A DNA stretch of 52,558 nucleotides from Octopus bimaculoides (GCF_001194135.2 NC_068993.1:33543558-33596115); one strand, 5' to 3'. Positions 37,478 through 49,449 are shown, counted from the stretch's first letter. Notes: generated by a model from the letters alone, not told the origin. A program made the numbers and translations.

Positions 37478-38277
37478 CACGCTCACGCACACACACTCTC
37501 ACACACACACGCACGCACACATATATATGAATGTATAAATACATGCAATTATATATGTATACATATATGTGTTTACATAGGTATTATATTTATATCACAC
37601 ACACTTCACACACGCAGGCACACACACACACACGCGCACACACACACGCATACACACACAATAACGCGCACATACAGACACATACACGCACACATTTCTG
37701 GGTATGTGTTTACATATTCACAAGACAGACTCACTTAAATAGTTTCAGATAATCATTTGGATTAAAAAATATGACTAACTTTGGGATAATGTGCCAAGTA
37801 TGTTATATACAAATCTCTATACACATCACTATTCAACGGTTTACATTCTGTTAATCTTACATCTCTTTATCCATATGGCGGCCTTGGCAACTGTAACAGC
37901 GGCTTTAAGAGGGATTAATAACAGATTATTCTGTGATGTGGGACTTCGTTCTATCAAACCTGCCAAAATGACCTGATGGCTAATTATTATTAACCTTGTA
38001 ATTTATTACGGATTTGAATTATCAATGACGATTTCAGTTTGGAGAACGCTATTGCATTATGGTCTGTGTATCAGATTAGTGTGGGAAGCGCTGGTTTTAG
38101 GCAGAAACGTGAGAGTTATTGAGAAAAAATTCCTTGTGGTGTATTTTTGAGCCCTGTATCAGCACTGCTGTATTTGGAAACCCTCAGATCCCATTTTGGC
38201 TTCAACTAGGACTTTCATACTTTCATACTGGTTGAATATGAAAAATGTTTAGTACTTCCGTTGTAAGACTATGAATG

Positions 38278-38396
<119 letters not shown>

Positions 38397-39089
38397 GTAC
38401 ACACAAACAATAATTAGTGTCAATTGTCATGATTGTGAACGAGAATTCTCTAAACCTTGGCAAAGTACTCGAAAGCATAGGGCCACAAACATGATAGCGT
38501 ATTAAAATATTATAAAATAATATAATGTATACCGTTATCTATTCAGTTTAAATCACTTATCAGTAAAAGAAGATTATATTAATAAGTAATTCGAAATATC
38601 TGAATTATTAATTAACTTAATCGCTCGAGATACTGTTTACCGTGCTCAGTTTATCTGCCGATATAGAGTTAGTGGTTAACAGTTAAGGACTGTAGGACTG
38701 ACTCGGCGTTAAGAAATAAAAGTACTCTGCTTGAATTCAGCCTATGCGTGTGTATGTGTGTATACGTGTGTGTGCGTGTGTGTGTCTATATACATATAAC
38801 ATATATGTATCTATTTTATTATGGTAAATTAATGTTTGTTATTGTCATTTTCTATATAAAATACTATTGAACATTAATCTACAAGATTACTCAATACATT
38901 GTAGAGTATATATTTATTCAAATTTACGAGGAAAAGGTTCATAATGACTTTCAAGTTTCAGGTTACACACAGTCTGACGAAAGCTACCATCTGGAAACTT
39001 TAAAGTGATTGTCAAGATTTTCCTTGGAACATTTAATATATATATATATGTATATATAAAGGGGTTTGTATGATAGTGTATAGAGGAAT

Positions 39090-41310
39090 ATATTATTCAA
39101 AAGAATTCCAACTCTGTTTTTTATGTTTTATTTATGTTCTTATAATATTAATGTAGGATATAGAATATATAGTATATATAGTAAATGAAATGAAGTATTG
39201 ATTGTCTTATTGAATAAATGAAATATTGAATATTAAATATTAAAGGACTAGTAATACTTTCTTGCATTTTAGCAGTCTTCAAGGTCCCATGTTGTGACAG
39301 GAATGGTTCAAATGTAGTTGACTGGCTGTCTTTTGTCCTTTATATACGTTCCTGTGGATAGCAGTAGTAGTTGTTTGGCTATTTTTAGAAATGATGCCAA
39401 ACCATTTTTCAATGTTTATTTTTAGAAATTATGACAGCAGTACTTTTGAGAGATTTTTTGTGTTTTAGTTATATGGATAAGATTTTTAAACCCCAAATAA
39501 GATTGATTTAATCATTGTTTGTTAAGCTTGGTTTGAATGTTTTAATAAAGTCCTTTTCTCTCAGTTTTCTCTCAATTTCATTCAGGTTATAAAGTTTATG
39601 AAATAGAAATATCATAAAAGTTTTTCGACCACATGTTGCCAGATGGTCACTCAGTGGTATTTGGCGGACTTCTGGATTTCTAATTTGTTGTCGATGTACA
39701 CGCGAGCGTTCTGATAGAGCATTACCTGTCTGGCCAACGTACAATTCTTCACAATTTGGGCATTTGATGCAGTAGATTAGATTTCTACTTTTGCAGTTCA
39801 TGTTCGCATTAGTGAATATTTTCCCTGTTTTTGTGTTCATATATGGGCCGGTATGGATTGATCGGCATGTGCCGCATCGGCTATCATTGTATTTAGACAC
39901 AGTGAATGGTTGATTTCTTGCCTTTGTTAATAACTTTTTCAAGCTTTTAGGCTGTCTCTTACTGAGAGTTATACTTTGATCTGTAATGATATTTCTCAAT
40001 TCCTTACTTTTTGCAATGATTGGTAGGTTTGCTTTAGCGATATTGAAGATGCTCTGGTGGCATGGATTGTGTGTCACTATAAATGGTATGATTTTTTCTT
40101 GTTTTTCTCTTCTTTGCGGTGTCCTCAGTTGTTGTATGGGTATTTTCAAAGCCCGCTGGATACCATTTTCTATAAGTAGTGACGGGTATTTTTGTTTGAG
40201 CAGAAATTCTTCCAGTTCCACCAGGCGCTGATTTCTGGTCTTTAGATTCTCTACAATGGTACAGATTCTTCTGGCTAAGCAGTATGGGATGTTACGTTTT
40301 GTATGCGGTGGATGGCACGATATAAAATTCAGGTATTGGTGTGTATCTGTGTGTTTATAATATATATCTGTGATAATGGCGGTGTTCTTTTTAATTACCA
40401 TTATATCTAGAAATGGTAATTTGGTACTGCTCATCTCCTTTGTAAATTGGATGGATGGGCGTAGGTTGTTCTGGAGGATGTTGAATTCTTCCAGTGTCTT
40501 GAGATTTTGTCCAGATTATGAAGCAATCGTCGAGGTATCTCTTCCATGCTTTTTCAATATACTTCTTAAATTCAGAGCTGTATCTCTCCTCTATTTCCTG
40601 GTAGAGTTTTTGTTCTAAGTATCCCATCACCGAATTTGCATAAACGGGAGCAAACCTCGTTCCCATAGCCGTGCCTTTAATTTGGATATAGTTTTTTCCA
40701 TTGAAAAAGAAATTGTTTTCCAGAATAAGTCTCATTGAGTCTAATATAAATGTCACTGTGCATCTGTTGGTAATTGCTTCTCTATGTTTATCTACCCAGT
40801 ATTTGATCGCCTTTATTCCTAAATCCTGTGGGATATTGGTGTAAAGGCTTACTACATCAAAGCTTAGTAGGATTGAATTTGTTTCAGCGGTTTTGGGAAG
40901 ATGGGATAGAGAATCGATGTCATCCCGAATGAAGCTGGGTATGTAGGTACATAGTGGTTTCAAAATAATGTTGATGAAATTGCTTAGACGGTGGGTAGGG
41001 CATGCTGGGCCAGCTATAATTGGTCTAAGTTTTAAATCTTTCGGATATAGCACTTTTATGTATTCACTTCCTTGTTCTTTTACTGCCTATTGAATATCTT
41101 CTGTATTTTTGGTAAGCCGTAAAAGTTGCTGGGTTTTGGCTCGAAATTGGTGATGTAGTCTCTTTCCTTGTCAGTGAGTGAGTTGTAGTGTTTAGAAACC
41201 AGATGGTTGATCTTCTTCATAATGTGGTGGTCTATATTCGAGAGTATTTCACAATAGAAGGTTGTATCTTTCAGTCGGTCCTCAACCAAATCCTTGTAGT
41301 TCCTACATCC
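39090..41310 (-). mobile_element. Neptune-type Penelope-like retroelement, 5'-truncated, RT + GIY-YIG, two frameshifts
   Basis: ORFs 41080-41289 (FYGLPKI), 40391-41053 (LRPII, SFDVVSLYTNIP, GTAMGTRFAP, RYLDD) and 39508-40434 (PFLDI, YYKHTDTHQYL..SCHP, RCGTC, NLIYCIKCPNCEELYVGQTG), followed by a 3' UTR. Confidence 0.95.
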
Positions 41311-41319
41311 ATGATGTGG

Positions 41320-42027
41320 AATACTACAAGCAGAAATTTAATCTACTGCATCAAATGCCCAAATTGTGAAGAATTGTACGTTGGCCAGACAGGTAATGCA
41401 CTATCAGAACGCTCGCGTGTGCATCGACAACAAATTAAAATTCCAGAAGTCCGCCAAATACCACTGAGTGACCATCTGACAACATGTGGTCGAAAAACTT
41501 TTATGATATTTCCATTTCATAAACTTTATAACCTGAATGAAAATGAGAGAAAACTGAGAGAAAAGGACTTTATTAAGAAATTCAAACCAAGCTTAACAAA
41601 CGATGATTAAATCAATTTTATTTGGGGTTTAAAAATCTTATCCATATAACTAAAACACAAAAAAGTCTCTCAAAAGTACTGCTGTCATAATTTCTAAAAA
41701 TAAACATTGAAAAATGGTTTGGCATCATCTCTAAAATAACCAAACAACTACTACTGCTGTCCACAGGAATGTATAAAAAGGACGAAAGACAGCCAGTCAA
41801 CTACAGTTGAAACATTCCTGTCACAACATGGGACCTTGAAGACTGCTAAAATGTAAGAAAGTGTACTATTCCTTTAATATTTAATATTTAATATTCAATA
41901 TTTCATATATTTAATGAGACAATCAATACTTCATTTCATTTTACTGTATGTACTACATATTCTATATCCTACATTAATATTATAAGAATATAAATATAAC
42001 ATAAAAAACAGGGTTAAAATTCTTTTG

Positions 42028-42030
<3 letters not shown>
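41320..42030 (+). mobile_element. Inverted copy of the same PLE's 3' end (GIY-YIG + UTR; inverted pseudo-LTR)
   Basis: Reverse complement of ~39090-39795 with roughly a dozen substitutions in the ~290-bp coding part; the ORF 41188-41610 tail repeats NLIYCIKCPNCEELYVGQTG. Confidence 0.95.
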
Positions 42031-42063
<33 letters not shown>

Positions 42064-42464
42064 GTGTGTGTATGTGTGTGTGTGTGTGTGTACGTGTGTG
42101 TATATATATATATATATACATACATATGTGTGCCTGTCTGTGTGTAAATGTTTGTTCGTGCGTGTATGCGTGTATGCATGTGCGTGCATAAACGCGGTTA
42201 CAGAGAAAACTATGAACTCTAGTTCATTGGCGTGTTACTCTGGAGCTTCTATGGTGTGCATCTGCTTCTTTTCATAACCCAAACTAAGATCAGTATGAAT
42301 TTATCTAAAAAAAATTTAGTCGTGAATTACTCAGCATAATTGACTGCGTACTCGACATAATTTTCTCAGTACTTCTCAAACAAGCGTATTCTTAATGTAA
42401 TCGTCCGTCTAGTAACAGCGTGATACTGACTATATCTAAAATAACTCTTCTAATTACATACACA

Positions 42465-42605
42465 GCAACCATCCTTGGGGTTTCCACACAGTTTCCACCC
42501 ACGGAATTCCTGTTACAAGACTGGGATTGTCCCGAGATTATCTATGACCGAGAAACACATGATCAAATGTCATGAATATTATGCAACCGAGAGGGATCGA
42601 GATCA
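42465..42605 (-). mobile_element. Decayed SINE family C fragment
   Basis: GGTTTCC..AATTCC..ACAAG..GTCCCGAG..GGGATCGA resembles 6425-6530. Confidence 0.45.
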
Positions 42606-42879
42606 ACTTCTTAATTATGTTACCACACACACACACAAACATACACACATAATAGACACAAGCATGTTGAATTGTAACTAAGCTGAATTCGAGTCGGGGG
42701 TGTCCTTAAATTAATATGACATGACGTATTGGAGAGAACCTTCTAAATACAGCATATACGAAATATTTATAAATTGATCTATTTGGGTAGAATCGTGATG
42801 TTATTTATTAATTAACTACCCTCACCCACCCACTCACATTCAAGAATTAAGGTTAATAATCAGCAAATAATTATTTAAT

Positions 42880-43628
42880 GGTTGGTTGATAGATCCGCGC
42901 GCAAACATGTACATATGACACGAAACTATTGAAGGACATCCCTCATACATACGATAGCATTAAAAATGAGTCAATATTGTTTCAGATATAACAAGCAGAG
43001 TAGAAACTTTAGCTAAGAGGAATGCCCTTATTACAGTCAAGGATGTTAAACTGAACTTCGCCTCAACCAGTTATATCAGAAATTTCACTGATGAAAAAGG
43101 ATATATTTAGGAAGATAAATGACGAAATAATGAAGGCAATCCTTCTCTACATATGGTATAACACCAGTGAACTACTTTCCTGGTTTAAGGTGAGTCAGAG
43201 TAGAGGCAGAGCAAGGTTCCCCTAATTGGATATAATGAGTTTTTAACCGTCAACATAGAAATGGTTACTAAAAAAGAATCGTATTTTCGCTGAGAAGTTT
43301 ACCGATGTTAGCGATAGAGATATAGAGGTAATAATGCACACCAGACAAAGCATGTTGTTCAACAAAGTTTTGTCCTAGGTCAAACAAACTGATCCACAAA
43401 TCTGATTCGATATGGTGATGGGAGAATTCGACAACGCCGATATCTGCGACGTCGTAGTATTATTTATACTTGACACCATAAGTAAGATATTCCCGGCAAA
43501 CAGCTTTGGTCTGTATAGGGATGGCACAGAGTAAGGAAACATCTGATTCGCATACTTAATTACCTTGGACTTGAGGCTACCATTGAGAGCATTGAGAGCA
43601 ATCTTAACTTAGAAATTTGTTAGATATA
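42880..43628 (+). mobile_element. Hydra-clade-like PLE, RT core (left half of a split element)
   Basis: Reads RVETLAKRNALITVKD, WYNTSELLSWF, LDIMSF*PS, HTRQSMLF, FDMVMGEFDNADICDVV, FGLYRDG and RKHLIRIL..LGLEATIES..LLDI. Confidence 0.85.
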
Positions 43629-43706
43629 CAGTTCTATGTTTAAAGATGAGGAATTATGTACATTATTTACATTTGACGGATATTTGTCCTCATCTTGTTT
43701 GTTGTT

Positions 43707-43752
43707 AACACAACGTTTCGGCTGATATACCCCCCAGCTTTTATCAGGTGTC
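43707..43752 (-). ncRNA. Hammerhead ribozyme motif, mutated core (CUGAUAA)
   Basis: GACAC-CUGAUAA-A-AGCUG(ggggguauau)CAGCC-GAAACGUU-GUGUU on the minus strand. Confidence 0.7.
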
Positions 43753-43796
43753 TTGGGGAAATTTTGAACCTGGGTTCTCATTTTAAGGTATTTTTT

Positions 43797-44123
43797 AATG
43801 TTATTATTATTATTGTTCAGTAGTTTTATTTTTATAACGTGCTTTCACTTCACTACCGAGCGCAGCTCTGTGCGCCTTGGGTATGTGCTGTGGTTTGCTG
43901 TGGTGCTCTTATGTTTACTGTATTGAAAGTGTTTTGCGTAGAATGTGTGCAGTACCCAGTAGTGCAATTTTCTGTATGTTATATATATTTGTAATTCCTG
44001 GTGTTTTTGTTATGTATTTGTCTGAATATTTTTTTATTATACCTAAGGCACCTACTATGATAGGAAGTGTTTCTGCTTTTAGATTCCACATTCGAGTTAT
44101 CTCTATTTCCAGGTCTTTGTATT
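43797..44123 (-). mobile_element. R4/Dong-clade LINE 3' end (restriction-like endonuclease C-terminus) with (TAA)n tail
   Basis: YKDLEIEITRMWNLKAETLPIIVGALGIIKKYSDKYITKTPGITNIYNIQKIALLGTAHILRKTLSIQ*, then a UTR and AATAATAATAATAA. Confidence 0.82.
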
Positions 44124-44933
44124 NNNNNNNNNNNNNNNNNNNNNNNNNNNNNNNNNNNNNNNNNNNNNNNNNNNNNNNNNNNNNNNNNNNNNNNNNNNNN
44201 NNNNNNNNNNNNNNNNNNNNNNNNNNNNNNNNNNNNNNNNNNNNNNNNNNNNNNNNNNNNNNNNNNNNNNNNNNNNNNNNNNNNNNNNNNNNNNNNNNNN
44301 NNNNNNNNNNNNNNNNNNNNNNNNNNNNNNNNNNNNNNNNNNNNNNNNNNNNNNNNNNNNNNNNNNNNNNNNNNNNNNNNNNNNNNNNNNNNNNNNNNNN
44401 NNNNNNNNNNNNNNNNNNNNNNNNNNNNNNNNNNNNNNNNNNNNNNNNNNNNNNNNNNNNNNNNNNNNNNNNNNNNNNNNNNNNNNNNNNNNNNNNNNNN
44501 NNNNNNNNNNNNNNNNNNNNNNNNNNNNNNNNNNNNNNNNNNNNNNNNNNNNNNNNNNNNNNNNNNNNNNNNNNNNNNNNNNNNNNNNNNNNNNNNNNNN
44601 NNNNNNNNNNNNNNNNNNNNNNNNNNNNNNNNNNNNNNNNNNNNNNNNNNNNNNNNNNNNNNNNNNNNNNNNNNNNNNNNNNNNNNNNNNNNNNNNNNNN
44701 NNNNNNNNNNNNNNNNNNNNNNNNNNNNNNNNNNNNNNNNNNNNNNNNNNNNNNNNNNNNNNNNNNNNNNNNNNNNNNNNNNNNNNNNNNNNNNNNNNNN
44801 NNNNNNNNNNNNNNNNNNNNNNNNNNNNNNNNNNNNNNNNNNNNNNNNNNNNNNNNNNNNNNNNNNNNNNNNNNNNNNNNNNNNNNNNNNNNNNNNNNNN
44901 NNNNNNNNNNNNNNNNNNNNNNNNNNNNNNNNN

Positions 44934-45212
44934 GTTTTGCTCAACATCCTTAAACAAACCTTATTCAGGGACCTTTTGAGCTGGATGGGCTACTCGACCT
45001 GAAGAAAATTCTAACTGGGCCCTACCTGCGAGGTCATGTGCTGTTTATCTTGATATGAGATCACCATGTCGCGTACATATGGTTGTGATGCATGTGCCTC
45101 GTGTACCTTTATCAGATGGGTAGTCATGATGGGTATAATGGGCTTCGTATATTTTACCCCAATGTCACTTTGATGGCATGCACTGCTCTCTCACTCAATA
45201 ATAACATAATTC
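44934..45212. mobile_element. Interspersed-repeat-like segment ending in AATAATAA on the plus strand (identity unresolved)
   Basis: Non-coding GC-richer block between the 810-N gap and the right HHR unit; its tail mirrors the R4 tail on the left. Confidence 0.4.
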
Positions 45213-45248
45213 CTTAGAAATGAGAACTCAAGTTCGAAATTTCCCCAA

Positions 45249-45293
45249 GACTCCCGATGAAGGCTGAGGGTATATCAGCCGAAACGTTGTGTT
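45249..45293 (+). ncRNA. Hammerhead ribozyme motif, mutated core (CCGAUGA)
   Basis: GACUC-CCGAUGA-A-GGCUG(aggguauau)CAGCC-GAAACGUU-GUGUU. Confidence 0.7.
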
Positions 45294-45355
45294 AACAAAC
45301 AAGATGAGGACAAATATCTCAAATGTAAATTATGTAAATAATGTAAATAATGTTC

Positions 45356-46260
45356 TTAGATATAATACTCGATTTGGGTACCGGCTAAGCTTGGCCCAAC
45401 CATAAACCTAATGAAAAGCTGTCGTATATCAACACACCCTCCTGCCACACATCTATAGTCATTAAAAACCCCGTAAAGGCTAAAAGTAATTTCTTACCTA
45501 TCCTCGAATAGAGACATTTTTGACGCAACGGTTCCCCATTACAGCGAGTCTCTTGCAACCAGCGTGTTTAAAGACCGCATCACTTATAAGCCTGAACTTA
45601 ACACCAGTAAAAGAAAGAGCCATTGTAAAGTTCTCTGGTTTTCCCCACTCGGCGGGAAAAGCAGAGTGGGAGGTATCAATCTTTAGATTCGTAGATAAGT
45701 ATTTCATAGTTCCATAGGTATAGGAGATTATTTAACACTCAAGACTTAAGGGTCTGGTTCAGTTGTATGCCTAGTGTAAAAAAAATATTACTAAATACAC
45801 CAAAACACCATGCAGAGGCAAGATGCTCCCGTAGGGTTAGCAGTGAATGCACAATGGATGGCCGATACAATAATGAGGCCGTGGTTTACGGCGCAGCGAT
45901 GATGGTGTCTAGAACAGTATCAATAGAAGCTACGAAGGGACACGAGCCCAAAAATATGATTGACCGACGGAGGGCCCCTTTAAGGCCAGGCTAAACAAGA
46001 ATAGGTCCTCTTTTAGGATGCTAGTGAGGTGCAACATTACAGCATTAGCCAGTTACGTATGGTGATTAAAAAAGAGGAATGGATGTTATAAAAATTAATT
46101 GTAAGTTGCTGGAAGAATCTGGGCCATGGCTTTACGGAAGTAGAGATGCGAGCTTTACTTAGCCGAGAGGAGAATAATCCCAAATAATTAGTACGGTCCG
46201 GGTTCCTTTCTGAAAGCAAAAATTGAATCTTTTTTGCTGCTACCCACATGGTAGAAAATG
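45356..46260 (+). mobile_element. Hydra-clade-like PLE, right half (thumb, linker, Zn motif, GIY-YIG)
   Basis: Reads FLDIILDLGTG..PNHKPNEKLSYIN, LSSNRDIFDATVPHY, KRKSHCKVLWF, FRFVDKYF, RVWFSCMPSVK, CSRRVSSECTMDGRY..VVYGA, RCELYLAE and CYPHGRK. Confidence 0.85.
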
Positions 46261-46376
46261 CGTTCTGGAAATGTGATCTTCCTCTTTTGCGGATTAAAAC
46301 CGTATAGAAATGCAGACCCGGTTAGAATCGTACAAAGAGCGTCACCTGTACATACTTACATACGTGCATACATACA

Positions 46377-46409
<33 letters not shown>

Positions 46410-46517
46410 TGGGTTTAAAAGATGGAGCCTTGTACCTTTGTTGGAAACCGACTCCCTCCTCAGTGGAAGATTTATAATAATTAAAAAATAGAAGAGACAT
46501 ACATGCGTATATATATA

Positions 46518-46944
46518 TTGGGCCATACCATAAATAATGCTGTTTTTTTTATACTTTTATTTTTCAAAATTAAAATAAACAAAGTTCTTTTTTAATCTAA
46601 AATATATTCTCCTTCATTTTGTACAATGCTCTTCCATCTATTTGGTAGACTTGCAAGACCCCCTCTTTCAAAATTCACTTTTCCAGTACTGTTCTGACCT
46701 CGTTTACAGAATTCATACTTACCGTTGCGTTGATGCTTTTATTGAACTCATAAAGCAAAATATGCCGAATATGCTCTTTTGTCACTTCCAATATGGCTTT
46801 GTAAAAATAACTATTAAAATCGAACTACACTCTTCAAAATTTGCACTAAGAATAAGTTAAAATTACTACCTGCTTTTATAACAAGTTGTTAGAAGTAGTT
46901 TATGTCGTCTCTCTCCGACTTTTAGTTCATGCAACTGAAAAAAC
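46518..46944 (-). mobile_element. Mini (MITE-like) deletion derivative of the mariner family at 1-1017
   Basis: The TIR at 46518-46547 matches. 46750-46944 aligns with 780-992. The minus strand joins EVTKEHIRHILLYEFNK to GLASLPNRWKSIVQNEGEYILD*. Confidence 0.88.
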
Positions 46945-47250
<306 letters not shown>

Positions 47251-47534
47251 AAGTCCTGAAATAAAAAAGAAAATAGATTACATATTTCCTGTCCGAAATA
47301 TATAGTTTTCAAAGTGACAACTAGTCATTGATCTATAAAATAGAAAATCACTATTTTTAAATCTCCCAACAAGAGATATTCAGCAACAGTACTCTAGAGT
47401 ACAGATTATTTGCCAACATAACATAGCAGTCCTGGTTTAGGACAAATGTTGCTGTAATTTAGCCCCAAGAGATATTGTCTCCAGCTGGCTGTACGACAAG
47501 TATATATAGTACCCCACTCAACTCAAAACAATAA

Positions 47535-47700
47535 TACGACTCCCGTAACTTAGCAGTTCGGCAAAAGATACCAATATAATAAGCATTAAGCTTACAAAAA
47601 ATAAGTCTTGGGGTCGATTTCTTCGGTTAAAAGATCTTTAAGGTGGTGCTCCAGCATGGGCGCAATCAAATGACTGAAACAAGTAGAAGAATAAAAGAAT
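47535..47700 (+). mobile_element. SINE family C 3' fragment
   Basis: CCCGTAACTTAGC..GGGGTCGATT..AGGTGGTGCTCCAGCATGG..TCAAATGACTGAAACAAG, then an (AAGAAT)-like tail. Confidence 0.85.
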
Positions 47701-47887
47701 ATTTATTTATATATAGTTATATGTGTGTGTGTATGTGTGTGAGTGTATGTGTGTGAATGTGTTTGTGACTGTGTGTGAGTGTGTTTGTGTATGTGCGCAG
47801 GGTGTGTGTGTGCGCGCACGCGTGCGTGCATGTGTTTGTATTGTCTGTGCGTTTCGATCGACATAATTGTATCGCTTGAAAGACTAT

Positions 47888-48085
47888 CAAAATGGCTGCA
47901 AATAATCTAGTAGCAACACAATGGCTGTTTAGTCGGCGATATGATCTATGGCTTCGGAGCTGACTATCTAGCCGGCGGAAAAAATACTATTAAGATGGCC
48001 ATTTAACCGGCGAAATTGCCTAACATTGTCAAGTTGGCTATTTAATCGGCGAAATAATCTGACGCTACCAAGATGGCTATTTAGC
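47888..48085. repeat. Degenerate 39-bp tandem array (~5-6 units)
   Basis: AAG(A/T)TGGC(C/T)ATTTA units start at 47992, 48031 and 48070 (39-bp period), with looser units at 47889 and 47918. Confidence 0.8.
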
Positions 48086-48805
48086 AATATGGTTTACTTC
48101 GTGTATTCTCCAAGGAGTTCCAAACAAACATTCTTAACCTAATTCCATTTTTTTTCTCAGAGAAATATTCCTGTCACTTTTACAGATGCTGGAAAAATTT
48201 TACGCATTTTTGTCTGGTTTGGAAAACCCTATAATAAACAGAGAAAAGGAGTTTTGAAAGGGGTGAAGGAGTCTGCAGAAATATAGAAAATAAGGGGCAA
48301 CGTGTGAACTTTCTGAAGGAGGCTTAAAGGGTAAAGCAACAGTGAAAACATCTTTGACATATATTGAGAACTCATTACCAGTCACTATATATATATATAT
48401 NNNNNNNNNNNNNNNNNNNNNNNNNNNNNNNNNNNNNNNNNNNNNNNNNNNNNNNNNNNNNNNNNNNNNNNNNNNNNNNNNNNNNNNNNNNNNNNNNNNN
48501 NNNNNNNNNNNNNNNNNNNNNNNNNNNNNNNNNNNNNNNNNNNNNNNNNNNNNNNNNNNNNNNNNNNNNNNNNNNNNNNNNNNNNNNNNNNNNNNNNNNN
48601 NNNNNNNNNNNNNNNNNNNNNNNNNNNNNNNNNNNNNNNNNNNNNNNNNNNNNNNNNNNNNNNNNNNNNNNNNNNNNNNNNNNNNNNNNNNNNNNNNNNN
48701 NNNNNNNNNNNNNNNNNNNNNNNNNNNNNNNNNNNNNNNNNNNNNNNNNNNNNNNNNNNNNNNNNNNNNNNNNNNNNNNNNNNNNNNNNNNNNNNNNNNN
48801 NNNNN

Positions 48806-48850
<45 letters not shown>

Positions 48851-49408
48851 ATATCTATATGCACTGTAATTCGCGTATCGGTCATACACGCACACGCACT
48901 CGCACACGCACACACACACACATATATATATACAGATACATATATGTATGTATAAATATATAACTATATATACATATACATATACATACACACACATATA
49001 TAACTATATTTATATATGTGCGTGTGTATATGTATGCGTATATATTTGTGCGTGTGTGTGTTTGCTGGTGCATGTGTGAGAGTGCGTGTATGCGCAAGTG
49101 TGTTAACTTGGACATACACATACACTCACACATGCACAAATATAGCTGAGAAACTGTTCACGAATAACTAAATAAACACATATACACATAACAAATAATA
49201 TAGTATTATATAAATAGCATTTAATGTTTCATAATATTCTGCGGCAGTTACATACACAGTCGCGCTGATACATAATACATATATACATACATACATATGT
49301 ATACATGCATACATGCATACATACATACCTATGTATACTTGCACATATACATATACGTATATATATATATACTTAAATATATGCATACTAGTATATATAT
49401 ATATGTGT

Positions 49409-49449
<41 letters not shown>

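Larger units (their letters stand above)
43629..45355. mobile_element. Composite insert: inverted pair of HHR-bearing units enclosing TAA-tailed retroelement ends
   Basis: TTAGATATA occurs at 43620-43628 and 45356-45364. 43629-43795 is an inverted homolog of 45215-45350. Confidence 0.75.

Noticed and set aside
37980-38160. Minus-strand YTDHNAIAF peptide, reminiscent of Gypsy RNase H
   Set aside because: A single short motif with no supporting neighbouring motifs or LTRs.
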